Shown here: positions 12,162 to 25,427 of the stretch, in pieces
Layout: each line of letters begins with the position of its first letter
How positions within the stretch are numbered: the first letter of the stretch is position 1
Source: Sphyrna mokarran
Lineage: Eukaryota
Reading direction: 5' to 3'
DNA length: 64,000 bases
Assembly: GCA_024679065.1 (NCBI GenBank)
Contig: JAGIQG010000004.1
Location: 21,452,001-21,516,000 of the forward strand
Position numbers and translations under genes: made by a program
The notes under the pieces: generated by a model
The model's input: only the letters and a program-made list of their open reading frames with translations
What the model was told of the DNA's origin: nothing
The model's database searches: none

Positions 12162-13133
12162 AAATTGATATGAGAATTCTGGATTAAGGCAGCACTGAAA
12201 CCATTCCTATTTAATCCCCCCTCTCTCTATCACCATATAGAACGCCTCACTTGCTGGACTATTAGGTATTCACGCTATTTCATAAGACAATTTTTTTTTT
12301 CCTCCCAGTTTTCATTTTGCTATACGTACGACAGCTCCGAGGGTGTTGGCAAAGGAAATCACCGAGGCACGTTTTTTGAGGTGACAGGGGTGACACTGCA
12401 GGAGCAGCAAATTTCATTATACGTTTAAAATTGAGTGCGACTTTAATAAAGCACAAACAGGCTGTAGATATCCAGCACAGCACTAATAGGAATACAGGAA
12501 AAAAAGAGGGCTCAGTCGTCCATGCTATTATCTTTATAGCATAGGAAAACATGCTGCAGGCAATCAGCATGAAATTCTTAATTGCTTAGCCTACTTATGC
12601 TGTGCTCTGGGGACAAATCCTGCAAATAAAATTGCCAGTAGGACCCTCATGTTAGTGCTAGGTCCCTGCTGTATACAAATGATTATTTTTAACTACTGCT
12701 TTGTTTTATAAGAATGCCCGAATGCTTTTCACCAATGCTAATAAACCATGATAATGTTAAACAGTCAAAGGCATCAATGCAAGAGGTATTTAGATGGTCG
12801 GTCGAATTATGCGTCAAATTAATAATAGAAAAAAATCCACGGAATGACTATATGCTAATGAAACGTCTTAAAAACCTGGAATTGTTTGCTACTTTTAAAA
12901 ATGTCACGCCTGCAATGTAAATGCAAATCAGCCAGTCTTAAAATGTAACATTGATCTATGATAAAAGTTTAAGACAGAAGGCATAGTGGCAGAATTCACT
13001 GAAATAGCCAGTTTCCCCTGTGACAAGTCCCGCCACACACTAGGTCTAACTGTCCTCGACACAAGAATTATTGGCTCTAGTTAATTATATGGGCAGTAGT
13101 CAGTTGCATATTTTTTTGTGAAGAATTTTAAAG

Positions 13134-13423
13134 GAGTGGTTAGCACCGCTGCCTCACAGTGCCAGGGACACACCTTTGATTCCTGGCTTGGATCATTGTA
13201 TGTGTGGAGGCTGCACCTTCTCCCAGTGTCTGCATGGGTTTCCTCTTGGTCCTCTGGTTTCCTCCCACAATCTAAAAGAGATGCAGGTTTATGTGCATTG
13301 GCCATACTAAATTCTCCCTCAGTATACCTAAACAGAGCCACAGTGTGGCGACCAGGGCATTTTCACAGTAACTTCATTGCAGTGTTAATGTAAGCCTACT
13401 TGAGACACTAATAAATAAACTTT
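13134..13423 (+). mobile_element. V-SINE type B
   Basis: agtggttagcaccgctgcctcacag ... gagacactaataaataaacttt. Confidence 0.9.
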
Positions 13424-13689
13424 AATCGAAAAAATGGCGGGTCAGAAATAGAGAGTTCTTTTTATTTTCTGTTTCCCAGGTCTGCCAGTTGATACTATTT
13501 AGATAATATTCACAATTACACAGTAGCCATTAGCAAGTGCAATGAATTCAGTGTTTCATGTGTTACAGTAGCAATAGGAAGCAGTAACTTTTTCTTTGAA
13601 AATATACAAAATCTTGATTTTTTTATTATAAAGAATGACGAAACAAAATCCCAGTCAATAATCAACAAAACAAACACACAATACAATCT

Positions 13690-14190
13690 AAAACAAAAGC
13701 AAAATTTTGCAGGCGCAGGAAATCCGAAATAAAAACAGAAGGTCCTGGAAAAATTCATCAGGTTTGCCAGCAGTTGTGGAGAGAGTTGGGGAGGGATTTT
13801 TCTGCCTTATTTGCCTCACTCCCACTGTCAGTGAGAATGGAGAATTTGATGCTCAGTCAAGTTCTACACTGCAGCGGCACCGGAGAATCCCAGCAAAGGG
13901 TAAGGTGGGAGGTTTACCGTATTATGCCTGGCGGTATGGGTAGTGGGAGGAGGGGGGTTGTCAGGTAGCCTGATATGTCCCCCTGCCCCCACCTGCATTT
14001 TTTCAACAACGTAAAACCCATTCCATTTTTGCCTCTCTTCAATTCTGAAGAAGAATCATATTGGACTCGAGACATTGAGGCGAATTTTCACATTCCATGG
14101 GAATCATAGTGGGTGAAGAGTGGACCATGGAATGGTCCATTGACCGTGAATGGGAATTTCTGGTTTCTTGCCCATTAACTCTTTCTTTCT
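13690..14190. mobile_element. Penelope-like terminal repeat fragments with MITE insertions
   Basis: Arm aaaagcaaaattttgcaggcgcaggaaatccgaaataaaaacagaa. Motif CTGAAGA-gaatc/gactc-GAGAC at 14045-14073. Confidence 0.65.
14077..14173. mobile_element. Harbinger-like MITE (internally deleted) with 3-bp TSD (ATT)
   Basis: gaggcgaattttc ... ttgccc, with att at 14074-14076 and 14174-14176. Confidence 0.7.
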
Positions 14191-15439
14191 TTGCTAAATA
14201 CTATCTCTTCTATATTCTAACATGTAGAATTAACACAAGTTAAACATGAATTAACTATGGTTAATATAAACTAAGTTGCACATCATATGGCAGGTACAAC
14301 TGAGGTAGATCTACCATACTGGTTCAGCAGTGCACTCAGATTTTGGTGATCACATTCAGTCACAAATTGCTTCAAACTCTGTCTTCCTCAGGAAGAATTT
14401 CAGCTCCTCTTCTTCTCAATACTGTGATCCCCAGCTGGTAGCAGTGCACAAACAGCCCAAGTTCCAGGGATGCACTCTTCACCACAAGGTTACGCATGCC
14501 TTCAGAACCTTCTCAACACAGTCTGGATGCTGTAGATCCACCAATGTTATCTTCATGCAACATAAAACAGCTGCAGCAACTGTACCTTTGCACATACTTA
14601 GCTTCTGGATCTGTCTTCTGCAGCTTGCATGTACTGCACTAAGGGATTCATCAACTGCTACTGCACAGATTGGACTGACTTGTGTCCTTGGTTCAGTTTG
14701 CCAGAGATTTGGGTTTCCAAACCTCAGTTTGTTTTCATTTCCTTGAGAAAATGGGAGAATCGGTTTTCTACCTCTATTCATGTTGTATTTCCCTTTCTCT
14801 CATCTTCAGTTTTTGTTTTAATTAGTATGTCACAAAAACCACAGATTAAACTTAAAGACACAGATTCCCTCACTGATGCAAAATCCATCACGAGCAGTTT
14901 AAGAAAAATACCCTTCCTTCTAATTCAATGCTATCATGTATCCTCTTGTCCCTCAACACATACACTCAGAACAAAATGTAAACCCAATGTGGAATTGTGG
15001 CATAAATTAGCAATCAGTGTACAGAGTTATAGTGTGATAGTAGGACAAATGTTAATACCAGTCTCAATGTCATCTCTATTTTTACCTTGTATTCTTTTGA
15101 CTGAAACTAATGGCTTTCATTTGCAAATGGGTAGGAATTCTTGTCAGCAAAAATATTATCACTAGCTGGAATTGGCAAGTGGGGAGTGGAAAATCACAAG
15201 TAATAGCGCTCAATTTCTGTTCAATTTGTGTTGTGTGCAATATTGCTGAACTGATAGTTCACATGTGGTATTGTTGCACACAGAATGGTAGAGAAATATT
15301 TAGGAAAGATTTTTGATTTGGAAATATGTTGTGTGTACCTATCACCTTTCCTCATCATCTTTCAAATTCTGTAAGGCTAGCAGGAATCAAGCTCCCTGCC
15401 AAATATCTCTTTCCCCTTGCCTATTTTCACTCCTGTAAC

Positions 15440-15775
15440 ACTGTCCTATACCACCCTTGCCTCAGCTCCCTGATGACTGAAACCCTCTTCTGGCCAGCCT
15501 CCCCTTCTACCCTATGTAAATTTTAACTCATCCAAAGTTCTGCAGCCCATTGCATCAAATTCAGTTCACTCATCATCCCTGTTTTTGCTGGCTTACATTG
15601 GCTCCCAGTCTGGTAATACTTTAATTTTACTTTTGATGTTTGTGTATCTCCTGTCTGTCCCTACTTCTGTAACCACTTAGAACCACCTAGGTCTCAGTGC
15701 TGGTCCAATTCTACTCCATTGCATATTCCTGCTTTTACTCATTTTGTTATTGTCAACCTTGCCTTCAGTGCTTGT
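15440..15775 (+). mobile_element. L2-like LINE 3' remnant
   Basis: LIQSSAA..IIPVFAGLHWLPV motif, typical of the L2 ORF2 C-terminus. Confidence 0.7.
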
Positions 15776-16450
15776 ATGATTTGATTTTGATGTGATTTAT
15801 TATTATCACATGCATTAGTACACAGTGAAAAGTATTGTTTCTTGCGCATTATACAGACAGCATACTGTACACAGAGAAGGAAAGGAGTGCAGAATGTACT
15901 GTTACAGACATAGCTAGGGTGTAGCAAAAGATCAACCAACAAGGTAGGTCCATTCAAAGGTCTGAAAGCAACCCAACTGTTCTTGGGTCAGTTGGTACCT
16001 GTTCTCAGACTTTTGTATCTTTTTTCTGACAAAGAAGGTGAAAGAGAGACTGTCTGGAGTACATGGGATCCTTAATTATGCTGGCAGGTTTTCTGAATTA
16101 GCGGGAAGGGTAGACAGTCAATGAATGAAGACCAGTTTTCATGATAGACTGGGCTTTATTCACAACCCTTTGTAAGTCTTATGGTTTCGGACAGAGCAAG
16201 AGCCATGTCAAATGATGCAACCAGAAAGAATGCTTTCTATGGTGCATCTGGAAAAGTTGGTGAGAGTCGTAGTGGACATGCCGAATTTCTTTAGCCACCT
16301 GAGAAAGTAGGAGCGTTGATGGGCTTTCTGAATTATAGTATCGGCATGTGGGAACCAGGACAAGTTGTTGGTGATCTGGATGCCTAGAAATTTGATGCTC
16401 TCAACCATTTCCATATCGTCCCCATTGATGTAGACAGGGGTATGTCCTCT
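15776..16450 (-). mobile_element. Rex1/Babar-like LINE 3' fragment
   Basis: VESIKFLGIQITNNLSW..KAHQRSYFLRWLKKFG..RCTIESILSGCI, with an (AAATC)n-type tail. Confidence 0.85.
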
Positions 16451-16603
16451 GTGTGGACCCTGATCCTTTCTGAATCAGTGCCTACTCTTTTGAGACGAGT
16501 CTTGGGAGCTATGTCTTTGATCAGGCTTTATTCCTTACATGGCTCAATGTTGCAGTCTGCTCAGTAATGCTTCATGGGAAGCATCACATTATGTTTTACT
16601 ACA
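16450..16603 (-). mobile_element. Possible short solo LTR
   Basis: TG...CA bounds and a minus-strand AATAAA, abutting the Rex1 fragment. No second copy seen. Confidence 0.3.
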
Positions 16604-16944
16604 TTAGTTCTTGTATACTACAGCTGAGGAGAATGCCTCCAAGTGCCAGTTGAGGCAATCTGGAACATCTGAAAGATAACATCCACAAATTTGGCCTGCA
16701 CATCTGGAAGTCAGCTCGGAGCAGTAATAGTTTACATCTTCAATCCTCTATCCTTCTTCCATTCCACAAGAGAGCCCTTTCAGTGGCTGGCAGAGCCCTT
16801 CGAGTGAGTGCAGGTTCCTGCAGTAAAGGAACAAATTGTCTGGAACAGGAAATTTCTTCAAATCATGACTTCATGACAGGAGCAGCCGTACATTAAAAGA
16901 AGACATCAGAATCATAAGAGAGTTCGTACTTGTTCGCTTTAAAA

Positions 16945-17420
16945 GTTTCATATGATGCGAGAGGGGCCCTTTGGCCCATCGAGGCTGCACCAACACATGT
17001 GATACACCTGAACTGCCGCCAAATCCCATCTGTTGGCCCATAGACCTCAATGTTATAATGTGCCAAGTGCTCATCCAGATACTTTTTAAAGGATGTAAAG
17101 CAACCCACTTCTACCACCCTCCCAGGAAGCGCATTCCAGACTGTCACCACTCTCTGGGTAAAAAGATTTTTCCTCACGTCCCTCCTAAACTTCTTGCCTT
17201 TCATCTTGTATCTATGTCCCCTTGTGACTGACCCTTCAACTAAGGGAAATAGCTCTTTCTTATTCACTCTGTCCATGCCTCTCGTGATCTTGTACACCTT
17301 GATCACGTTGGCCCTCGATCTTCTCTGCTGCAATAAAAACAACCCAGGTCTATCCAAACTTTCCTCATAACTTAAATGTTCCCCCCCAGGCAGCATCATG
17401 GTCAATCTTTTCTGCAGCTT
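16945..17420 (-). mobile_element. CR1/HER1 LINE 3' fragment
   Basis: ORF 16893..17405: LSYEESLDRPGLFLLQQRR..TRGHRYK..FTQRVVTVWNALPGRVVE. Confidence 0.92.
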
Positions 17421-17827
17421 TTCCTCTTCCTTCAGTGGAATGTGGTCCTAACTCTGTTACATCTGCCACGAAAAAAAACCTGTTAACTTCATCCTTGCTT
17501 TGCTGAACCTCACTTCCGAGTATTTGTGATGGACCATGAAATTTGGTAACTGGATAATTTACCAGTCTATTAAAGAAATAGAGTTCTTCACTCCATTTAT
17601 AATATTGAGTTTATAATATCGAGTTATTTCTGCATTCAGGATTAACTGCTAACAGCCAATAAGGAAGCAACCATACATCAAGGTTATAAGTACCCAGTGA
17701 TAACTTTACAACAAAGTGCTGGTAGCTGCAAAAGTAATTATAGGACTAATGGTATTCCAGATAAAATGATACGTTCTGACCATTTGTCCTCATTCAGCCA
17801 GGTTCGTCTGTTATGACCTGAGTAGCT

Positions 17828-18170
17828 AACCAGTGAGTATGTTTGAAGTATAGTCACCATTGTAATGTGGGGACCACAACAGCCAATTTGTGCACAGCAA
17901 GATCCCACAGATACTAGATAAATAAATGACCAGATTCATCTGCATTGGTTGAGGGATAAACGTTGGTGAAAAGATCAATAGAACTCATCTGCTCTCCTTC
18001 CTGCTTGGAAGGAAGATGGGGCTCCGATTAAATGTCTCCGCCAAAACTTGGCACCTGCAACAATACAGTACTCCCTCAATAACACACTGCAATATCAGGC
18101 TTGGATATGTCGACAGAGTGTGACTTGAACCCGCTGACTCAGAGAGACAAGTCCAATCAGTGATTCACCA
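17828..18170 (-). mobile_element. DeuSINE (SacSINE1-like)
   Basis: Deu-domain-like tattgagggagtactgtattgttgcaggtgccaagttttggcggagacatttaatcggagcccc on the minus strand. Tail cagccaatttgtgcacagcaagatcccaca as read on +. Confidence 0.7.
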
Positions 18171-18229
18171 TTGATCTATGACTCACAAAGTTTCTATAAC
18201 TAAAGGAGCGTCTTTAAGAGTTTTGTCGG

Positions 18230-18540
18230 TTGCATGTACGCTGAAAACCTCCAACCATGTCCGCTGCTGAGATTCTCTGGTGTCACTGCAGTGAAAAGAG
18301 TTTTACCTGAGCACAAAATTCTCCATTCTCTCTGGCAGTAACAGATAAGATCGGAGAAGGCTGCCCACAGGCACTGCATTAAAGAATTTATGAGTGCTCC
18401 TAGCTCGCTCAAAGAGTCACCCAGACTTGGATCTTTGGCTGTATTCTCTCTCCACGGATGCTATCAGACCTGCTGAGATATTCCAGCATTTTCTGCTTTT
18501 GTTTCACATTCTAGCATCCGCAGTATTTTGCCTTTATCTT
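18230..18540. mobile_element. MITE (about 18230-18366) followed by a Penelope-like terminal repeat (about 18400-18540)
   Basis: aaaattctccattc..ggagaaggctgccc; ctctccacggatgctatcagacctgctgagatattccagcattttctg. Confidence 0.65.
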
Positions 18541-19301
18541 AAAGATTTGATGAGTGGCAAATGCACAAAGTATTTCCAGGTTTGGTCACTGGTTTAGCTT
18601 TATTTCAATCCAGACATGAATAGGGAAAGTAAGTTTGGAATGAGTGCCTGTTGGTTAGAGAGGGGAAACTAATCCAGGACTTCCATTTCTGATCACTGTC
18701 CAATAAAGAGTAGATGGGTGGCTGCCAGGTGGATATCAGATTGCATTGGGATGCACAGATCAGCAGTCTCCTAGCACTCACTGTAGACTTACACATGAAG
18801 AATGGTTACTTGGGTGAGATAATGCAAGCCTGCAATGAGTTTCCAAATTTGGAAAAGGAAGAAATAGACCCCAGAAGTAGCCTCAGTGTTCTCGCTGAGT
18901 TCAGTAAGCACACAATAGAACGTTAAATCCCATTAAATATGCTCATGAAGTCAGTTTTTCTGGGCCCAATGCCTGAAGCCAAAGCTGTTTGAATATCTGA
19001 AAATGAAAGCAGACAAATTTTGTCAAAACTTTCTCCACATGCAAAACAATGAGGTCATGTTGAGATCGGTGTCTTGCCAAAGAATTTGTCTCCTACCTAC
19101 TGACCCCAGTTAAGAAGGAGGAACATTCTGACATCAGTATAATTGGTTGACCCATTCCACATGACTGCTACGTCATTGTGAACTATGAAACAAGACAGCA
19201 GCTTCTATATGATATTACTGTTCAACTCAGTGTATTTTCTTTGCTGATGCATCCATTATAGTGATCACTGATGGATGAAGAACAATTTAATAAAGCAACA
19301 T

Positions 19302-20232
19302 TTTTTTTTTATTCTTTTTTTATGGGACGTGGGCATCTCTAGCTGGAACAACATTTACTGCCCACTTCTAGGTATTCTTAAGAAGGTGGTGATGAACTGC
19401 CTTTTTCAACCACAGTCACCAGGCTGTAGATACACACACTGCTGCTAGGTAGGGAATTCAGGATTTTGATCCAGTGACAAGTGAAGGAAAGCTGATGTAT
19501 TTCCAAGTCAGGATGATTAATGACTTTGGATGGGAATCTCCAGGTTGTGGTGTTCCCAGGTAATCTATTGCTCTTTTCCTGCAGATAATAGTGGCCATGG
19601 GTTTGGAAGGTGCTGCCTAAGGTATCTTGGTGAGTTCCTGTGGTGCATCTCGTAGATGGTATAATCAGTTGGGGAGGGCATGAATATTTGTGGAAGAGAT
19701 AGCAATCAAATGAGGTGCTTCGTCCTGGATGGTGATGAGTTTCCTGAATGTTGCTGGAACTGCATTCATCCAGGCAAGTGGAGAGTATTCCATTCCACTC
19801 CTGACTTGTGTCTTGAAAGATAATGGGAAGGCTTTGGGAAGACAGGAGGTGAGTTACTCTCCACAGCATTCCTAGCATTTGACCTCGTAGACACAGTATT
19901 TAGTGACAAATCCATATCAGTTTCTTGTCAGTGGTGACCCCCAGGTTGTTGATAGTGGGGATTGGGGTTCATTGATGGTAACATTGTTGAATATCAGGGG
20001 GTTAGGGTTAGATCCTGTCTTATTGGAGATGGCCATTGCCTGGTACAAATGTCACTTGCTGCAAGTCATCACAAGCCTGAATATTGTCCAGGTCTTTCTG
20101 CATTTGGACATTGATTGCTTCAGCATTTGCAGAGTGCTGAACATTGTGCAGTCATCCGCAAATATCCTCACCTCTGACTCTATGACAGAGGGAAGCTCAT
20201 TGATGAAGCAGCTGAAGATGGTTCAGCCTAGG
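19302..20232 (-). mobile_element. CR1/L2-group LINE 3' fragment; likely partner of SINE type C
   Basis: RT motifs FADDCTMF and QVRSGMEYSPLAWMNAVPATFRKL. 3' tail is homologous to the type C SINE tail. Confidence 0.8.
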
Positions 20233-21558
20233 AGTCATCAGGCTATATGACCAAAAAATTATATGTCATGGAGGAATAATGGGGACTCGGACTGAGTTTC
20301 TATTCTGAGTTCTAGCATTGCAAAAGGTGCAGGTCAAAGAATAGATAATTCAGTGCAAAAAGAGGAGAAAAATTGGAGTAAAATCAGGACACATACTGAA
20401 TACATCTAGCATCTAGTGTCAGATCTGCTGCAGATAACGCCATAATACATTATGAAGGCATTAAGTTTAAAGGTAGATGGCAAAAATAAAATATGATACT
20501 TTGCTATTACAGCTGGAGAAAAGCACAAAGAGTACTTTACTGAAGAGAGGCCCATTGGGAATCAGCACATTGATACTTTATCTTCAGTTATCATGAGTTT
20601 CCATTGACTGTTGCAGTGTCCAAGCCTTCTAATCCTTCCAACTGATGGAGGAACAATCCCTGGCAAATGGCAGCTGTATAAGAATGTGGGAAGCAAATTG
20701 AAATTCGTTACAGGGTATTAAAGTAGAGAAATAATTTCTCTTTGAGGTATTAGTGCACGGTGACCTATTCTCAGTCGAAGAAGGATGGAATGCTCAAGTG
20801 GTCTGCAAAAGAGTACAATTTGGAGATGAGAAGTAAACAAGTCAAACCTGAGATCAGTAATAAATAATGGTGTCGATTTGGTTTAGCTAACTATAAACAT
20901 TGATCCTTTTTGGAATGAGAAATTCAGGAAAACATTCCTTTAAAACAAACATGCGCACATTTTGGTTTCCAACCCAGGTTACCGAGGATTTCGCTGGTCT
21001 GGTGACCTAAAGGAAGGCACTTGTCATTGGTGTTGAAATATAAAAATGAGTTCACACAGTTCAGTCAACTCAATGTGTAATATCCTTGGCTCTTTAAATT
21101 CATTAACCTCACATCCATTTTGGTATTGACAGGCGAAGTGGTCTGGATTAATGTTTCAGGAGTCTGGTCCTCTGTGTTCAGCCCCTTTCAGTAGGCTAGT
21201 AAATCTATGATAAACTGTACTTGGAGCATGAAGGTCAACACTTCTGGTTTGGTAGTCCCTGGCTGATGATTTGATCTGACTTGAATCAAACTAACAGCTA
21301 GTTCATAAAACAGAGTTAAATTGCAACCCATGCTGATAACAGGGACTCAATGGAGACTACACCACTTAGTTATATTTAAAGGGACAAATCTCTTTTCACT
21401 TGATGCACGTAGGTAACTTAAAACTATTTAAAAAACAATTTGCCAAGCTGTAACTCTGAACAGCAACACACAGAGCTTTCAAGCATTTCCATATCTTTCC
21501 TGTAACAAATGCGCCTTATTTAACCAGTTGCTCACTATGACTGAACAGTGTTCCTCGT

Positions 21559-21839
21559 TTAAAGTTTATTTATTAGTATCACAAGTGAGCTTACATTAAC
21601 ACTGCAATGAAAATCCCCTAGTTGTCACACTCTGGCAACGGTTTGGGTATTCTGAGGGATAATTTAGCATAGCCAGTGCACCTAACCAGCATGTCATTTG
21701 GACTGTGGGAGGGAACCGGAGCACCCGGAGGAAACCCACGGAGACAACTTGCAGATCCCCCACAGACAGCAACCCAAGCCGGATATCGAACCTGAGTCCA
21801 TGGTGCTGTGAAAAGCAGTGCTAAGCACTGTACCACCAC
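21559..21839 (-). mobile_element. V-SINE type B
   Basis: Head, core and tail present. Confidence 0.9.
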
Positions 21840-22204
21840 AACTGAATGGTAAAACCCAACTCTTAAACAGTGTAACTAAATTGGAAGCATCACATACTCT
21901 AGTTGTGCCAGGCAGTTGCCTGCAATTATGATGGGGCCATATTTACTGTGTCGTCAAATGGTGGTGTAACATAAAATGAACTTCTCAAGCATTTCACTAT
22001 GTGAATTTCTGCTCTGTTAAACTTATGTTTGACGTGTGCCAATGCCAAATAAAAAGTATCGCATGGCATCGGACTATGTTAATCTTTACCTTGGTGCTTC
22101 TGAAACCAGAGGCCCTACACCTCACTCAGATTGGGCATCAGTTTTTGTCACAAAACAAGCAACTCATCTTTATTTTCCAGCTGATTTGGTCCATAACCTA
22201 CATA

Positions 22205-22517
22205 ATGCAGCCAGCATAAATAAGGACGCCACACACCCTGGACATTCTCCCTTCCACATTCTTTCGTCAGGAAAATAATGCAGAAGTCTGAGGTTATATA
22301 CCAGCCTACTCAAGAACAGCTTCTTCTCTGCTGCCATCAGACTTTTGAATGGACGTACCTCACACTAAGTTGATCTTTCTCTACACCCTAGCTATGACTG
22401 TAAGACTACATTCTGCACTCTCTCCTTTCCTTCTCTTTGCTTTGGTATATCTTTTGGTATGCTTTTGTCTGTATAGTGCGCAAGAAACAATACTTTTCAC
22501 TGCACACTAACACGTGA
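22205..22517 (+). mobile_element. Rex1-like LINE 3' fragment
   Basis: AASINKDATHPGHSPFHILSSGK..KNSFFSAAIRLLN plus tail. Confidence 0.85.
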
Positions 22518-23469
22518 CAATAATAAATCAATTCAAAGTATAGAGTCTATTTTTCCCCTTTGATTTTTATAAGCTACAGAAAAGGAAACAGGTCAAATTA
22601 ATGATGTGTCCCAAATGTATAAACAGAAATCTGTTGTGACAGATCCCTATGACATGTGGTTTGGATAAAACGCCACGTTTCCAATCACTTGGGACAAAAA
22701 TTAAAAGACATTTTAGACAGCACTTTTTTTCTGCCAGTGGCTATAACTGTAAGCAGTTTTTTTCTGTTGGTGGCGGCGGGGGGGAAGAGAATGAATTCTT
22801 GGATTCTGACCTCAGCTTCTCCAGAAAACAACAATTTCTTTTTAAACTTTGAAACTGGAGATCATTTTCAATCCTGGAAGATGACAAATTTAAGAATGGA
22901 ATGGGAAGAGCAAAGAGTGGGAGGAATGACCAAAAAAGGAAAAGAAACAGACACAACATCTTCCGTAATTTGCAATGGATCCAGTCAAAAATGTTTGTAC
23001 TCCTCTGGCAATCTCTGCTGTGGGAAACACAGAGCTCTCTAACCATAGGACATTCTTCAAATCAATGCTTATATGTTTTAAGTTTCTATTAATAACTGAT
23101 TAACAAATCTGAAAAATTCATCTGGTCTGCTTGCAATAAGCATGAGCCCAGTTATCATTAAAATCCAAGCAATCAATATGTGACCACAGCTTGGACCTCT
23201 TGATTCTTTTGTTTTTTAATCTATGCTGACTTGATTTACTGCAGTGGTCACTGACATTATGGAAAATGATGACATTGCACCATTCAGAACTGTAATCTTC
23301 CCTACGCTAGCAAACCTTATGCAAGTCCTACAGACTGTCCTGATTTTGTTGCTTAGTTTGTGCTGGGTTCGCTTGTTGCAATCATGGTAAGGGTACCCAA
23401 GACCATGACATTTGTGCCCATGTCTAATTAGAGAAGAGTCTATCAGGATTCTCGCGCACAATCACTGAG

Positions 23470-23760
23470 TAATGCTGGAAAGAGCACATAAGTGACCTGC
23501 TCCAGGGCCTGGCAAAATTTGCCATTAACAGTCCAGCAGCGGGCAACCGAGGAGGTCATCCGGCCTGACTGCCTGCCCTCCACTTCAGCTACATTTGCAG
23601 CCGGGAGAGGCATGTGGTGTTCGAGATCACTGTCATTACCTTCTGTGCCCACTGGGCGCCGTAGGGGTTGGGGTGCATTATCGACCTCTTGAATTGCATT
23701 TTAATTTGGTGTTGTAAGTTTCCTTTCTACTTTGCTTTCTGTTTCGGGTGTTTCCCTACT
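23470..23760 (+). mobile_element. Tx1/L1-clade non-LTR element, ORF2 C-terminal remnant
   Basis: GLAKFAINS.QRATEEVIRPDCLP..HWAP*GLGCIID, followed by a T-rich 3' UTR. Confidence 0.6.
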
Positions 23761-23875
23761 TTTTGATTTAACCCTCAGTTAATTTGATTTAGTTTAATCG
23801 TTTCGCCAAAAAGATTGACTGTGAAGCCCTCCACACTGTCAAATAGCTGGTTGACGCTCATTGCCCATATTCTTT

Positions 23876-24056
23876 AATCATAGAATCCTACAGTGCAGAA
23901 CGAGGCCCTTTGGCCCATCGAGTCTGCACCGACCACCATCCCACCCCCACCCTATCCTCATATCCCTACGTATTTTATCTTCTAACCTACACATCCCAGA
24001 AAACTGAGGGAAAATTTTAGTATGGCCAATCAACCTAACCCACACACCTTTGGACT
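23876..24056 (-). mobile_element. Head-less type A SINE
   Basis: CR1-type tail and 3' core only. Homology ends at cacacctttggact. Confidence 0.85.
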
Positions 24057-24572
24057 CACATAGGGAGCTCGATTTTATGGTTCTCTGTGATGTATTTGAA
24101 GGTGGGGTTTTGGGGGGGGTGGGCACATATAATGCAGCATATTGACCTTCCTGCTTATCCTCAACTTGTTGTCTATTTTACAGTGGGGGGGGGGCAAAAG
24201 AGCTTGGTTGGAGGGAGGAGTGGATAGGCATCAGCAGGCCACCCAACCTGAGGCCTTTTGAGACCTTTAAATGACTGATTAAGGCTACTTGAAATGGTCC
24301 AATCTGCTTCTGCCTCAATTTTACCCAATGACATGGGGAGGGGGAGAGCGGGGCAGTACAGGTGCATGTTCAGCAACTTTTGTTGCACAGGTTGGTGTCA
24401 GGAAAGGAGGGGTGTGGGGGGTAGAACTTGTTTGAGGATCTCTTGTGCCCATCAAAGGCAACCACCCCAACACCCCTACCCAAGATTATACCTGCTTTGA
24501 ATCCTCTCTTCTGCCCTCACTGGCCTCTCATACCTTGCCGTCACCTTTCCTGGGGTCTGCCGGCAAGATGCT

Positions 24573-24737
24573 AGAATCATAGAATACTACAGTGCAGAAG
24601 AAGACTATTCGGCCCATCAAGTCTGCACCGACCACAGTCTCCACCAAGTCCTATTCCCATAACCCCATGCATTTACCCTGGCTAATCCCCTGACACTAAG
24701 GGGCAATTTAGCATGGCCAATCCAACTAACCAGGACT
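24573..24737 (-). mobile_element. Head-less type A SINE inside a longer MITE-like region
   Basis: agaatcatagaatactacagtgcagaag...ctaaccaggact. Confidence 0.8.
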
Positions 24738-25427
24738 TAAGTTTGAAATCCTCCGTAACATTCTCTTGTTCGGGCACTGCCTCTGATCCCAGAGGTTATC
24801 ACTACTCAAACCCGGTGCTGCAAGAACTGCAGGGCCAATCGGGATGGGCTTTCTTCTCGGATTAAGACGGAAGTCTCATCCTGAGCCAATCATCTCCATT
24901 TGCAACATAAAATGGCTACGATGCAACCAGCCTCTTGTGGAAAGGCCTCCCGATGAACTTTTCAGAGGGTAGTGGGGAATATGGCACGCTGTAAAATCTA
25001 GACTGTGAAAATTAGCCACTTGGGCACCATAACAGAGCGTGTAAGATAGTTTGCATTATTAAATTCAGCATCATACTGAGCTGTCATAACCAATTTTGGT
25101 AACAATGTTGCAGATCAGTTTTAGCTTTTGAATTATGTAGTTGTTTTTAATAAGTTAGTTGTTAGGTAACCTTGCATTGTTCTTCGAGGTGAGTGAAAAT
25201 GGCAAAGTGGTTCATAAGCTTCACTTGTGTACGAGATTTAAATCTGTCAAGCTATTTCTCAGTATAAAACATGGATTTTTACTGCTTTTATGGAAAAGTG
25301 GCTCCTGGAATGCAGGCAGTCGTTAACCTTACCAAATGAATTTGGGGCGAATGGGATCAAAGGTGATGGGGAGATATCAGGATTAATCAGCCATGATCAT
25401 AATGAATGCAACAGGCTCAAAGGGCCA

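Noticed and set aside
14330-15165. Overlapping 138-178 aa ORFs
   Set aside because: No recognisable domain or exon boundaries. May be an old element but I cannot support a call.
16893-17405. 170-aa ORF as a host gene
   Set aside because: It is the C-terminus of CR1 ORF2 in a 5'-truncated copy.
17594-17625. Short tandem duplications (also about 42855-42885)
   Set aside because: Ordinary 14-15 bp slippage duplications with no sign of function.
18600-18815. Possible ancient SINE remnant (also an LF-SINE-like head at about 55120-55190)
   Set aside because: Too decayed to assign by eye.
20240-20900. Purine-rich stretch resembling decayed retroelement coding sequence
   Set aside because: No diagnostic motif recovered in any frame.
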